The notes: a model not told the origin generated them from the sequence alone. A stretch of 64,000 bases of DNA from Bacteroidales bacterium (GCA_021740045.1 JAIPAP010000001.1:11817-75816); one strand, 5' to 3'; shown: positions 10,449-19,928, counted from the stretch's first letter. Numbers and translations: made by a program.

Positions 10449-13400
10449 ATGAAAAAGATTTATTTATTGGCAGTTATCCTGTTTTGTTGCTCTTTGCTCA
10501 CCAAGGCAGATGGCGGCAAAGACTGGACGATCGTTCAAACCTATGATGTGCCGGGTAAGGCTTCGGGCTTGGCTTTTGACGGAACATACTTGTATTACGG
10601 CATTTACGGCGCCGACGGTGATCAGTTTTACCGGGTTGACCCGGCCGACGGGAGTTACGAGATGATCTTCTCCAATCCCGATATTGATGATTCTTATGGC
10701 ATGACCTACAATGGGAATAACCTCTGGATTATCAACCAAATTGGATTCAGCGATCCATCCGAGGCTACCGAGATCGATATTAACAATGGTGATATTCTTT
10801 CCACCATTGAGCTCCCCGATCATTACATGTCGGGAATTGCTTATGATGATGGGAATTTTTGGGTAGGAACCTATTACCCCGATCCCGGAACCATTTATGA
10901 AATAGATGCCTCGGGTAATATTTTGAGCCAGTTCCAGGCGCCCGATGAGCAAACCTGGGATATTTGCGTTCAAGATGATAACCTCTGGATTGTGGATTAT
11001 TACGGCGAAATGATCTACAAAACCGATAAAAGCGGTAATGTACTCGAAAGCCATCCGGTTGAAAACATCAAACCGGCCGGCATTGTGTATGATGGCACTT
11101 ACCTGTGGTATGTGGATGGCCCCAACAGCAACGACAGTAAATTATACAAAGTCGACCTGGGCGGTACCGGAACACCGGCTATTAATGTGCCCGTCACCAG
11201 TTATGATTTTGGAACAGTTACCGTTGGGAATACGGTAACCTGGAATATGAATGTGGAAAATACCGGTACGGGCGAATTGGTTGTTGATGGTGTTGATTTT
11301 TCACCTTCCGATGTTCCGCTTACAGCCGATGTAAGTTTCCCGGTGAATATCCCGGCAGGTGAAAATACGACGATCCCCATTATTTATGCACCCGAAGAAA
11401 CCGGCTCATTGAATGCCACTGGTACTATAAATAGTAACGACCCGGTGAACCCTACGGTTGATCTTGAGTTTACGGGAAATGCTGTGAGTGGTGGGCCGGA
11501 TATTTTAGTGCCCGAAAGCGCCCATAATTATGGCGATGTCCGTGTTGGTGCCAATGTACGCTGGAACCTTACTATCATCAATAATGGTGATGAGATGCTT
11601 GAGATCTCTGAGATCAATACCGGCGGTGCGCCTTTCAACCTCGATCCCAATGTGGATTTTCCCATACAGCTTTATTCGCTCGATACCACACAGGTGGGTA
11701 TTTGGTTCCATCCCGGTTCGGAAGGGCCATTTGAATCGACAACCGAAATTATAAGTAACGATCCTGATCAGAGCATTTATGAAGTAGAGCTGAGCGGCAC
11801 CGGGGTAATAGAGGAATATCCCATGGGTGAAACCCTCTGGAATTATACGGTTACCGGCAGTTATGACAATAGTGTGAAAGCCATTCACTATATAGCCGAT
11901 ATCAATGGAGATAATGTTGAAGAAGCCATCATTGCCTCCGAGGATAATTACATCCGTTGCCTGAATGGTAATTCCGACGGCCTCGCCGATGTGATGTGGG
12001 CAACCGAAATTTATTCCGGGTCTTTATATCATCAAAACGCCCTTACTACTATCGAAGATGTGAATGGTGATGGATATGAAGATGTAGTAGCCGGTACAGC
12101 ATGGGGCGACCGCTCAATAATTGTGCTTTCCGGTTTAACCGGCGAAATTATCTGGAAGCACGACACCCATGAATATGGTGACGGCGGCTGGGTTTACCAG
12201 GTAGATGTAGAGTTCGATTACAATGGTGATGGTATTAAAGACGTTTTGGCTGCTACGGGTGATGATTCCAATGGAACAGGACCACAGCGAGTTTATTGCC
12301 TCGATGGTACCGACGGAAGCTCCATTTGGGAATACAATGCCGGTGGTCCCGTATTTGGCGTTAAATCCATGCATGATGTTACCGGCGACGGTATCCCCGA
12401 TGCTGTTGCTGGAGCAAGTAATAGCAATGAAAGCCAGGGATTTGTTTATGGTATTGATGGCTCCTCGGGCTCACAATTATGGTCCAAACAAGCCAACTCA
12501 AGCTCGGTATGGGCGGTTGAAGAACTTGAGGATATTAACGGTGATGGTATGAAAGACGTAGTTGCCGGAGATTTTAGCGGTAATATTTATTATCTCGACG
12601 GAACCAATGGCAGTCAATTGGAATCAACGGCTCTTGGCTTTACCATAATCCTTAGGTTCGAAATACTGGATGATGTAAACAGCGATGGTATTAATGACGT
12701 AACCGTCGCCTATAGCGGCTCGAACGGTGTTGTGCTCGACGGGCAAACAGCTGAGAATATTTGGTTCCAATCACTGGCCGATAAAGCCTGGAATGTAAGA
12801 CGTATTGGCGATATCAGCGGCGACGGCATTAACGATGTGGTTATCGGTACCTTATATTCCAACAATTATTGCTATTTCCTCGACGGTACCTCCGGTGAAG
12901 AACTACAGTCGGTAAGTTTATCAACCCCTGTGGATGGATTGGGAGTTATTCCCGACATTACCGGTGACGGTTCCATGGAAGTGATCGTTGGTGGCCGCAA
13001 TGGACAAGTGTACTGCTACTCGGGCGGGCTCAATACCAATCTCACCCAGGTACAAATGATCGATCTGAACTTTGGTTATCAGTTTGCATCATCCCGCCTC
13101 ATTCTTGAAGAACCGGATATGATGGTGGTATTGGAAGATGTTTTGAATGATAATCTCGATTTTGTGCGAAACAGCGATGGAGCTATGGTGCAAAAAATCG
13201 GGCCTGAATGGGTAAACGGTATTGGCGATTGGATCACCACCGAGGGATACCTCTTTAAGATGTATGCCGACGATTCATTTATCATGAGCGGCGAGCCCAT
13301 AGATCCGCTAACGCCAATTGGTCTTACCTCCGGATACCAGTTTGTAAGCTATCTTCCCGAAGAACCCATCGATGCCTTGATGGCATTTGAAAGCATTATT

Positions 13401-14180
13401 AGTGATGACCTTGATTTCATCCGCGATTCCGATGGTAACATGGTGAAGAAGATAGGCCCAAACTGGATCAATAACATTGGTGATGCTACACCCGGCGAGG
13501 GATACCTGATTAAAATGTTTAATGATGGTGAACTGGTTTACAATATTCCGGTAGGTAAATCGCAACCGGTTGCTACCCGAAATGCCAAGCCGCAATATTT
13601 TGCCTTTAACGGTGGTAATCCTGCCGATCCGGTATTTACCGTTTACGTTGAACCCGGTCGCATGCTTAACCAAGGTGATGAAATTGCCGTTTATGATCAC
13701 GGTACCCTGGTTGGCTCAACCGTTTTCGAAGGTGGTAATACCTTTGAAAACGCCATTCCGGTTTTCTCCACACTTGCCGGCGGTAGCGGATACCAGGCCG
13801 GAAATGCCATGACGATCAAGGTTTGGGATGCAGCTAGCAGCAAGGAGGCGGAAGTATCTTACACGCTCAAGGATCCTTATGGCGATGCCATAAACCAACA
13901 GCAATTCCCCGAAAAAGATGGCGAATACGCCATTGTAAGTCTCGATGCTTCTGCACAAGCTGATATCAATGTATATCCCAATCCTGCCACCAACTATGTG
14001 AATGTGAACAGCGCCATCGAAGTGGAGCGCATTGAGGTGTATAATCAATTTGGTCAGCTGGTAAAAATGATCAACGCAAACACCCGGCGCATCGACGTGA
14101 GTAACTTCGATTCAGGTGTTTATATGCTAAAGATCACAGTAAAAGGAGAAACTTATAATAAACGGATCAATGTGAAATAG
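10449..14180 (+). CDS. large T9SS-secreted multidomain protein (propeller + Ig-like + FG-GAP/VCBS-like repeats + shared C-terminal cassette + T9SS CTD)
   Basis: Signal peptide from 'MKKIYLLAVILFCCSLL' (the track starts at 10425).
- Five 'GxxYDGxxLW' blades.
- Two 'YDFGTVTVGN...'-type Ig-like units.
- About nine 'D(V/I)NGDGxxDV' repeats.
- C-terminal 'INVYPNPATNYVNV...VYMLKITV' Por/T9SS sorting domain. Confidence 0.85.
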   Translation: MKKIYLLAVILFCCSLLTKADGGKDWTIVQTYDVPGKASGLAFDGTYLYYGIYGADGDQFYRVDPADGSYEMIFSNPDIDDSYGMTYNGNNLWIINQIGFSDPSEATEIDINNGDILSTIELPDHYMSGIAYDDGNFWVGTYYPDPGTIYEIDASGNILSQFQAPDEQTWDICVQDDNLWIVDYYGEMIYKTDKSGNVLESHPVENIKPAGIVYDGTYLWYVDGPNSNDSKLYKVDLGGTGTPAINVPVTSYDFGTVTVGNTVTWNMNVENTGTGELVVDGVDFSPSDVPLTADVSFPVNIPAGENTTIPIIYAPEETGSLNATGTINSNDPVNPTVDLEFTGNAVSGGPDILVPESAHNYGDVRVGANVRWNLTIINNGDEMLEISEINTGGAPFNLDPNVDFPIQLYSLDTTQVGIWFHPGSEGPFESTTEIISNDPDQSIYEVELSGTGVIEEYPMGETLWNYTVTGSYDNSVKAIHYIADINGDNVEEAIIASEDNYIRCLNGNSDGLADVMWATEIYSGSLYHQNALTTIEDVNGDGYEDVVAGTAWGDRSIIVLSGLTGEIIWKHDTHEYGDGGWVYQVDVEFDYNGDGIKDVLAATGDDSNGTGPQRVYCLDGTDGSSIWEYNAGGPVFGVKSMHDVTGDGIPDAVAGASNSNESQGFVYGIDGSSGSQLWSKQANSSSVWAVEELEDINGDGMKDVVAGDFSGNIYYLDGTNGSQLESTALGFTIILRFEILDDVNSDGINDVTVAYSGSNGVVLDGQTAENIWFQSLADKAWNVRRIGDISGDGINDVVIGTLYSNNYCYFLDGTSGEELQSVSLSTPVDGLGVIPDITGDGSMEVIVGGRNGQVYCYSGGLNTNLTQVQMIDLNFGYQFASSRLILEEPDMMVVLEDVLNDNLDFVRNSDGAMVQKIGPEWVNGIGDWITTEGYLFKMYADDSFIMSGEPIDPLTPIGLTSGYQFVSYLPEEPIDALMAFESIISDDLDFIRDSDGNMVKKIGPNWINNIGDATPGEGYLIKMFNDGELVYNIPVGKSQPVATRNAKPQYFAFNGGNPADPVFTVYVEPGRMLNQGDEIAVYDHGTLVGSTVFEGGNTFENAIPVFSTLAGGSGYQAGNAMTIKVWDAASSKEAEVSYTLKDPYGDAINQQQFPEKDGEYAIVSLDASAQADINVYPNPATNYVNVNSAIEVERIEVYNQFGQLVKMINANTRRIDVSNFDSGVYMLKITVKGETYNKRINVK

Positions 14181-14224
14181 AATTCATCCGAACCTCTAAG
14201 TTTTCCAAATAATCCTTGATTTAA

Positions 14225-14259
14225 ACGGCCTTTCATTTCATAAATGAAGGGCCGTTTTT
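14225..14259 (+). terminator. rho-independent terminator
   Basis: 12-bp stem (ACGGCCTTTCAT / ATGAAGGGCCGT, one G-U pair), 7-nt loop, then TTTT. Lies 45 nt after the stop at 14180. Confidence 0.85.
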
Positions 14260-14390
14260 GATATAAGACTATTGCACCTTAGTCTTCCCGTTTTCCACGA
14301 TGGCTGGTAACCCGTCAGGCAATGATTCTTCCATGCTTCCCGCTTACTAATGCATCTATTTTCTGCCTTCTGTTTTCTTTCTTCTACCAA

Positions 14391-14425
14391 AAGAAAAGGC
14401 CTTCCACCACTAGGGCGAAAGGCCT
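14391..14425 (-). terminator. weak candidate terminator for the DUF4168 gene
   Basis: AGGCCTT/AAGGCCT 7-bp stem with a 15-nt loop, followed on the minus strand by TTTCTTTT. Confidence 0.35.
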
Positions 14426-14460
14426 CTTTTTTCAAACCATGAAAAAATTACTTATAAATA

Positions 14461-14964
14461 TTATTTATTACCTGGATTCTGCTGCATTTTACGGAATTTC
14501 TTCTTCAACTCTGGGTTGTTTTGAATGCTTCTGGCAATTTGCTTGTATTCCTGCAGATTCATGCCTTCTTCTTCGATCTTTTTATAAATCTTTTGGCGTA
14601 CCTCTTTCTGCTTTTCCATAAGTTCAGCTTGCGCTTTACGGAATTTCGCCATTTGGGCTTTGGAAAAATCGTTGTTTGTTGAATCGGATGAGCGCTGGGC
14701 ACGGGAGATTTTCGAAAAGGTCTTCATATCAAGGCCTTCATCAGTTATGACCTTACGCATATTGGCCTGTGAAGAGCGCTGTATCTTTTGTACTTCTGAA
14801 GCTACTTTTGCAAAAGTTTGCAGTTGCTCTTCGGATACATCTTTTGTTGGTGCTTTACGCTGCATCTGCGGCCTTTGTATCTGGGCATTCAACCCTGTAA
14901 AAGATAGCAATAACACAGCGACCATGATCCACCTGGTTTTTTTCAATACATTGGTATTCATCAT
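14461..14964 (-). CDS. DUF4168-like periplasmic protein
   Basis: Signal peptide followed by repeated helical 'EEQLQTFAKVASEVQKIQ' / 'KAQMAKFRKAQAEL' units, as in DUF4168. Confidence 0.55.
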   Translation of the reverse strand: MMNTNVLKKTRWIMVAVLLLSFTGLNAQIQRPQMQRKAPTKDVSEEQLQTFAKVASEVQKIQRSSQANMRKVITDEGLDMKTFSKISRAQRSSDSTNNDFSKAQMAKFRKAQAELMEKQKEVRQKIYKKIEEEGMNLQEYKQIARSIQNNPELKKKFRKMQQNPGNK

Positions 14965-15222
14965 AAATTCTAATTTCCTTTCTTTTGGTTTTTATATTAA
15001 TACAAAATTAAGTGGATGCTAAAAGGTGGCAATAGAATTGATTAGTATATTGGGAAGAACATTAGTTAAAATTTGTTAATAAATTCATCCTAGAATTATC
15101 TGCGGTTGATTGAAAATGTGTTTATTTGTTTTGGTGTCGGGAAATTGAAATGTTAAAAAAAATTAGCATTGATGTGATCGATATTGGGGTAAAATTCTTA
15201 ATTTAGTGACATCTAAGCTGCT

Positions 15223-15681
15223 ATGGAAGAGTTTAACAGACTTATATCGGCTCTGCAAGATTATTATTTGAACAACGGGTCACTAGAAAGGGTAAATGAA
15301 AAGCTATTGAAGCTTATTCAGACAATTGCCACTGAGGTTGATAAAGAACTTCAGGTTGAACCGAATGATCAGGTTGAGGAAGATAAGTTTGCCCATTTGC
15401 TCATAAAACGCGATGGGGAAACTACAGGGCATGTTATTGCCAAAGGAGTTGGCAAAAATTTGAACCTGCTTTACCAAAGGGAGAAGCTCGAAGAAATAGA
15501 TCAATATGATAATCTGCTTGTCACCAATTATATTGAGTGGTACTGGATCAATAACAATCAGTTGATGCATTCCGATCATATATGCACCAACAAAGAGCTT
15601 AAAAATAAACCGGGCCTGATTCCTGAATTAGCTAAGATATTAAGTGTTCATCAATTGATCTCCGAGTTTTGCAGCAAGTAA
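15223..15681 (+). CDS. 152-aa protein resembling only the N-terminal domain of type IIG / BREX PglX-class DNA methyltransferases (probable gene relic)
   Basis: 'GHVIAKGVGKNLNLL...YDNLLVTNYIEWYWINNNQL' parallels the 'G(H/Y)IEAKDIGKDLD...NLILTDYLEFRWY' pattern recalled from the N-termini of those >1000-aa enzymes. No methylase domain follows. Confidence 0.4.
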   Translation: MEEFNRLISALQDYYLNNGSLERVNEKLLKLIQTIATEVDKELQVEPNDQVEEDKFAHLLIKRDGETTGHVIAKGVGKNLNLLYQREKLEEIDQYDNLLVTNYIEWYWINNNQLMHSDHICTNKELKNKPGLIPELAKILSVHQLISEFCSK

Positions 15682-15807
15682 TAAGCAATAATTTTCAACT
15701 GGCATGAATTAATTTCAAGTGTTGATTAAATACCGCGAGAATTTTGCGCTGTCAATTATGCTTATTAATTGAAAAACACGTATGTTCGCTTGGATAAATT
15801 ACACGTT

Positions 15808-17259
15808 ATGCGAATTGAATCGGATTATTTAGGCGAGAAACATATCCCCGCAGAGGCGCTTTATGGTATTCATGCTCTTCGTGCTTCGGAAAATTTCCCT
15901 GATAACACCCGTTTTCACCTGGAATGGTATAAGGCTGTGGGTAAGGTAAAGGAGGCCTGCTACAAGACCTATCAAAATTTCAAACAGGCTATTGCTACGA
16001 AAGTGGGATTGGACAGAAGTCCTGTAATGCTTATGCCCGATGATATCATTGAGGCCTTAATTGAAACGGGCAATGAGGTAGGTCAGGGCATTTATTTCGA
16101 CCAATTCATAGTTCCGGCCATCAATGGGGGAGCAGGGACCAGCATCAACATGAATATCAATGAGATTATTTCCAATGCAGCTCTTCGAAAATTAGGTCAT
16201 TCTCCAGGGACCTATACCATAATCGACCCCATTGAGCATGCCAATATATATCAGTCGACTAATGATGTCATCCCAACATCACTAAAGCTGGCAGTTATTA
16301 TCGAATTGGAAAATCTCGAGGCTCATATCAATAAGCTAAGGGATAAAGTAGAGGGCTATGAAACCAAGCACCGCAACCATTTACGGGCCGGATATACTCA
16401 AATGCAACAAGCTGTTCCTTCGTCGTACGGGAAGTTGTTCAGCACATACAGCGAAGCTTTGTCGCGCGACTGGTGGAGGGTTTCCAAGTGTTTTGAGAGA
16501 ATTAAGGTGGTAAACCTTGGTGGCAGTGCTATAGGAACCTCGCTGGCTGTTCCGCGTTATTATGTAATGGAAGTGGTGCCTACGCTGCAAAAACTTACCG
16601 GCCTGCCCGTTACCCGCAGTGAAAATCTGCCGGATGCCACGGCTAATGTAGATTCTTTTGTGGAAGTTCATGCGATCCTTAAGGCCCATGCAGTGAATGT
16701 GGAGAAAATAGTAAATGACCTGCGCCTGCTGGCAGCCGATGTGCTGGAAAATCCTGAGGTTGAACTCCCTCAACAGCAGGTGGGCAGTTCTATTATGCCG
16801 GGCAAGGTAAATCCGGTTATCCCGGAATATGTGATCAGTGCTGTTCATAAAGTCTACAGCAACGATCAATTGATTTCATCCCTGGCAGGTCAGGGTTGCC
16901 TTGAGCTTAATGCTTATTTACCCACGTTGGGTCATGCTATGCTCGATAGTTTGAAGCTGCTTATCGGCATCGACAAAACCTTAAGCGATAAGCTATTTCA
17001 TGGATTGGTAATTCATCCGCAGCGTGGAATGGAAAAATTACTCCGCAGTCCGGCAATAACCACCGCCCTTAGTCCGTATATTGGGTACAACGAAGCTGCC
17101 CGTTTGGCAAAGCGGATGAAAGAGAAAGGGGAGGATATCTACCAGGCAAATAGAGCACTAAATGTGATTGATGCCGAAAAACTGGAAAAAATTCTCAAGC
17201 CCGGTAATTTACTCAAGGGTGGCTATTCCATCAACGATTTGATGGACGAAGGCAAGTGA
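15808..17259 (+). CDS. lyase-1 family protein (aspartate ammonia-lyase / fumarase class II type)
   Basis: Signature 'GSSIMPGKVNP' and 'YQSTNDVIPT'. The track starts at TTG 15769; ATG 15808 ('MRIESDYLGE') fits the family N-terminus. Confidence 0.8.
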   Translation: MRIESDYLGEKHIPAEALYGIHALRASENFPDNTRFHLEWYKAVGKVKEACYKTYQNFKQAIATKVGLDRSPVMLMPDDIIEALIETGNEVGQGIYFDQFIVPAINGGAGTSINMNINEIISNAALRKLGHSPGTYTIIDPIEHANIYQSTNDVIPTSLKLAVIIELENLEAHINKLRDKVEGYETKHRNHLRAGYTQMQQAVPSSYGKLFSTYSEALSRDWWRVSKCFERIKVVNLGGSAIGTSLAVPRYYVMEVVPTLQKLTGLPVTRSENLPDATANVDSFVEVHAILKAHAVNVEKIVNDLRLLAADVLENPEVELPQQQVGSSIMPGKVNPVIPEYVISAVHKVYSNDQLISSLAGQGCLELNAYLPTLGHAMLDSLKLLIGIDKTLSDKLFHGLVIHPQRGMEKLLRSPAITTALSPYIGYNEAARLAKRMKEKGEDIYQANRALNVIDAEKLEKILKPGNLLKGGYSINDLMDEGK

Positions 17260-18491
17260 TCATGGCAAAAGGAAAAGAATCAAAACCACATATAGGGATT
17301 TTTGGCAGGCGGAACAATGGGAAAAGTTCCATTATTAACGTGCTGGCACAGCAGGAAATAGCCATTGTATCGGATCATGCAGGAACCACTACCGATCCGG
17401 TAAAAAAGTCGATGGAGATACCGGGCCTCGGACCGGTTATCCTGGTTGATACTGCCGGAATTGATGATATTGGCGAGCTGGGTCAAAAGCGCGTGGGTAA
17501 ATCGATTGGCGCACTTAAGACCATCGATATGGCCATCCTGGTTATTACCCAAAATACCTTTGGTGAACCGGAACATAAATTGATCAACCAGTTTAAGGAA
17601 TTCTCCACACCATATTTCATCATCCATAACAAAGCTGATTTGGAGCCGGTCGACCCCGATCAAAAGATCAAAATAGAAACAGATTTTGACGTTGAAATAA
17701 TCGATTTTAGTGTTCCAAGCGATGACACAGCTGACCTCCTGGTAAGGGCTATTCGGAGAAACATGCCCGAAACAGCATATAAGAGACGCTCCCTGATTGG
17801 TGATGTGCTTTCGTATGGTGATGTGGTATTACTGGTAGCGCCTATTGATATTGAAGCGCCGGAAGGTCGCCTGATATTACCGCAAGTAATGACCATCCGC
17901 GATATTCTCGATAACGATAGCATTGCCATTGTAGTAAAGGAAAGAGAGTTGGATACTTACATCCGCAAAATGAATCCCAAACCAGATTTGGTAATTACCG
18001 ACAGCCAGGCATTTCTTAAAGTCTCTGCTTCGGTGCCTGACGATATTCCATTAACCAGCTTTAGCATTGTGCTGGCCCGCCATAAGGGTGACTTTGAACA
18101 TTATATTAAAGGAACCCCTCATATTTCAAACCTTCAGGATAGCGATCGCTTATTGATCCTTGAATCGTGTACCCATCATGTGTCATGCGACGATATCGGG
18201 CGGATAAAAATACCCCGCTGGATTAGTAATTTTACCGGTAAAGAACTTCAATATGAAGTGGTTTCAGGATTGAATGACCTTCCGCGCGACATTCGCGATT
18301 ATGCCATAGTAATTCAATGTGGTGGTTGCGTTATCACCCGTAAGCAATTGATCAATCGGCTTAAACCGGCTATAGATGCAGGAGTTCCGGTTACCAATTA
18401 TGGCATGGCAATAGCCTATATACATGGGATCTATGAGCGGGCCATTGCTCCATTCGTTAAAGTGGATCAGGGTTCATTGGACTACCTGTAG
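17256..18491 (+). CDS. hydF: [FeFe]-hydrogenase H-cluster maturation GTPase
   Basis: GTPase motifs G1 'GRRNNGKSS', G3 'DTAG', G4 'NKAD'. C-terminal cluster ligands 'ESCTHH' ... 'QCGGC'. The start (GTG 17256 or ATG 17262) abuts or overlaps the preceding stop. Confidence 0.85.
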   Translation: MIMAKGKESKPHIGIFGRRNNGKSSIINVLAQQEIAIVSDHAGTTTDPVKKSMEIPGLGPVILVDTAGIDDIGELGQKRVGKSIGALKTIDMAILVITQNTFGEPEHKLINQFKEFSTPYFIIHNKADLEPVDPDQKIKIETDFDVEIIDFSVPSDDTADLLVRAIRRNMPETAYKRRSLIGDVLSYGDVVLLVAPIDIEAPEGRLILPQVMTIRDILDNDSIAIVVKERELDTYIRKMNPKPDLVITDSQAFLKVSASVPDDIPLTSFSIVLARHKGDFEHYIKGTPHISNLQDSDRLLILESCTHHVSCDDIGRIKIPRWISNFTGKELQYEVVSGLNDLPRDIRDYAIVIQCGGCVITRKQLINRLKPAIDAGVPVTNYGMAIAYIHGIYERAIAPFVKVDQGSLDYL

Positions 18492-18681
18492 TATTTAATA
18501 ACTCATCTGCGCCTTTTCAAACGCGATTTCCAAATAATATTGATAATAATCATTTGGAACAATGTCAATTTTTGATTATTTTCACGCTCCTTTTCAGGGG
18601 GGTGATTGATCGTATAAGGATCGATCAGGATGCAATACCGGGGGTTATTGTTTTGCATTAGGGAAACATAAAGAAGCGATT

Positions 18682-19386
18682 ATGAATATTATTATTACTG
18701 GAGCCAGTCGAGGTATCGGTTTTGAGATCGTTAAGGCCTTTTGCCGGGGAGGCGATCATACCATTATTGCTATTTCAAGGAATTTGAGCTACCTGAAAAA
18801 ACTCATGGAAGAATGTAAGGGTATGAAAACGGGAGCCAAAGTGATCCCGCTTGAGTTCGACCTGAACTATCAGGAATATCGTAGCCATTTACTACCTGAT
18901 ATATTAAAGGTATTTAATGAAGTGGATATACTCATAAATAACGCCGGAAAACTGTTCAACAAACCTTTTGAGGAGTTTAGCGATCTGGAATACAATGAGA
19001 TCTTCGATACCAATGTTAAAAGCGCTTTCCGGATGATACAGATGTTGCTTCCACATTTTGTTAAAAATGCACACATTGTGAATATCAGTAGCATGGGGGG
19101 ATACCAGGGAAGCCAGAAGTTCTCAGGGCTGTCGCTATACAGTGCCAGTAAGGCTGCGGTAGCGGTTTTAAGCGAAGCGCTTGCAGAGGAGTTCAAAGAT
19201 CGCGATATTGCAGTAAACTGTCTTGCGCTGGGAGCGGTGAATACCGAAATGCTTGAGGAAGCCTTTCCGGGTTTGCAATCGGATTTGGATGCCGAAAGCA
19301 TAGCCAATTACATTCAATACTTTGCCATGGAAGGCAATAAATATTTTAACGGAAAAATCCTGCCCGTTGCTAAAACAACCCTCTAA
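18682..19386 (+). CDS. SDR family oxidoreductase
   Basis: 'ITGASRGIG' cofactor motif and 'YSASKAA' catalytic YxxxK. Confidence 0.85.
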   Translation: MNIIITGASRGIGFEIVKAFCRGGDHTIIAISRNLSYLKKLMEECKGMKTGAKVIPLEFDLNYQEYRSHLLPDILKVFNEVDILINNAGKLFNKPFEEFSDLEYNEIFDTNVKSAFRMIQMLLPHFVKNAHIVNISSMGGYQGSQKFSGLSLYSASKAAVAVLSEALAEEFKDRDIAVNCLALGAVNTEMLEEAFPGLQSDLDAESIANYIQYFAMEGNKYFNGKILPVAKTTL

Positions 19387-19427
19387 CCATCTCGTTATCG
19401 AAACGTAACCGACTAACGGCAAAACAG

Positions 19428-19844
19428 ATGAACAACAGAGATACCATACGCCACCCTGGAACCATTGTTAATGTTAAGAATAACAAGGTAGAAGTAAAGA
19501 TCCTCAACCAATCGGCATGTGCCAATTGCCATGTTAAGGGTATGTGTAATGTCGCCGAAATGGAAGAGAAGATCGTTGAAGTGCCTAAACCGCCACATAA
19601 AGAATACCGTGAAGGTGAACGGGTGGAGATCTTAATGGAACGCTCACTCGGCGCAAGAGCCGTGTTAATAGGTTATTTTCTGCCATTTTTACTGTTTCTT
19701 GCCACTTTGATCATTTCACTCCAACTGGTAAGCAGCGAAGGATTTGCTGCTCTGATAGCCCTGGGGATTCTTATACCCTATTATCTGATCCTGGCCCAAA
19801 ACCAGGAAAGCATTAAGAAAACCTTTAGTTTTCGATTAGAATAA
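19428..19844 (+). CDS. RseC/MucC-family (SoxR-reducing system) membrane protein
   Basis: 'GTIVNVKNNKVEVKILNQSACANCHVKGMC' followed by two TM helices. In Bacteroides this family normally sits directly upstream of rnfB. Confidence 0.75.
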   Translation: MNNRDTIRHPGTIVNVKNNKVEVKILNQSACANCHVKGMCNVAEMEEKIVEVPKPPHKEYREGERVEILMERSLGARAVLIGYFLPFLLFLATLIISLQLVSSEGFAALIALGILIPYYLILAQNQESIKKTFSFRLE

Positions 19845-19928
19845 AAAGATAATACTACTTCAACTGATCATTTCTTGTTTATAATTTATTGATTATCTTT
19901 AAGTAAGTGATTGTTAAATTCGTTTTTG

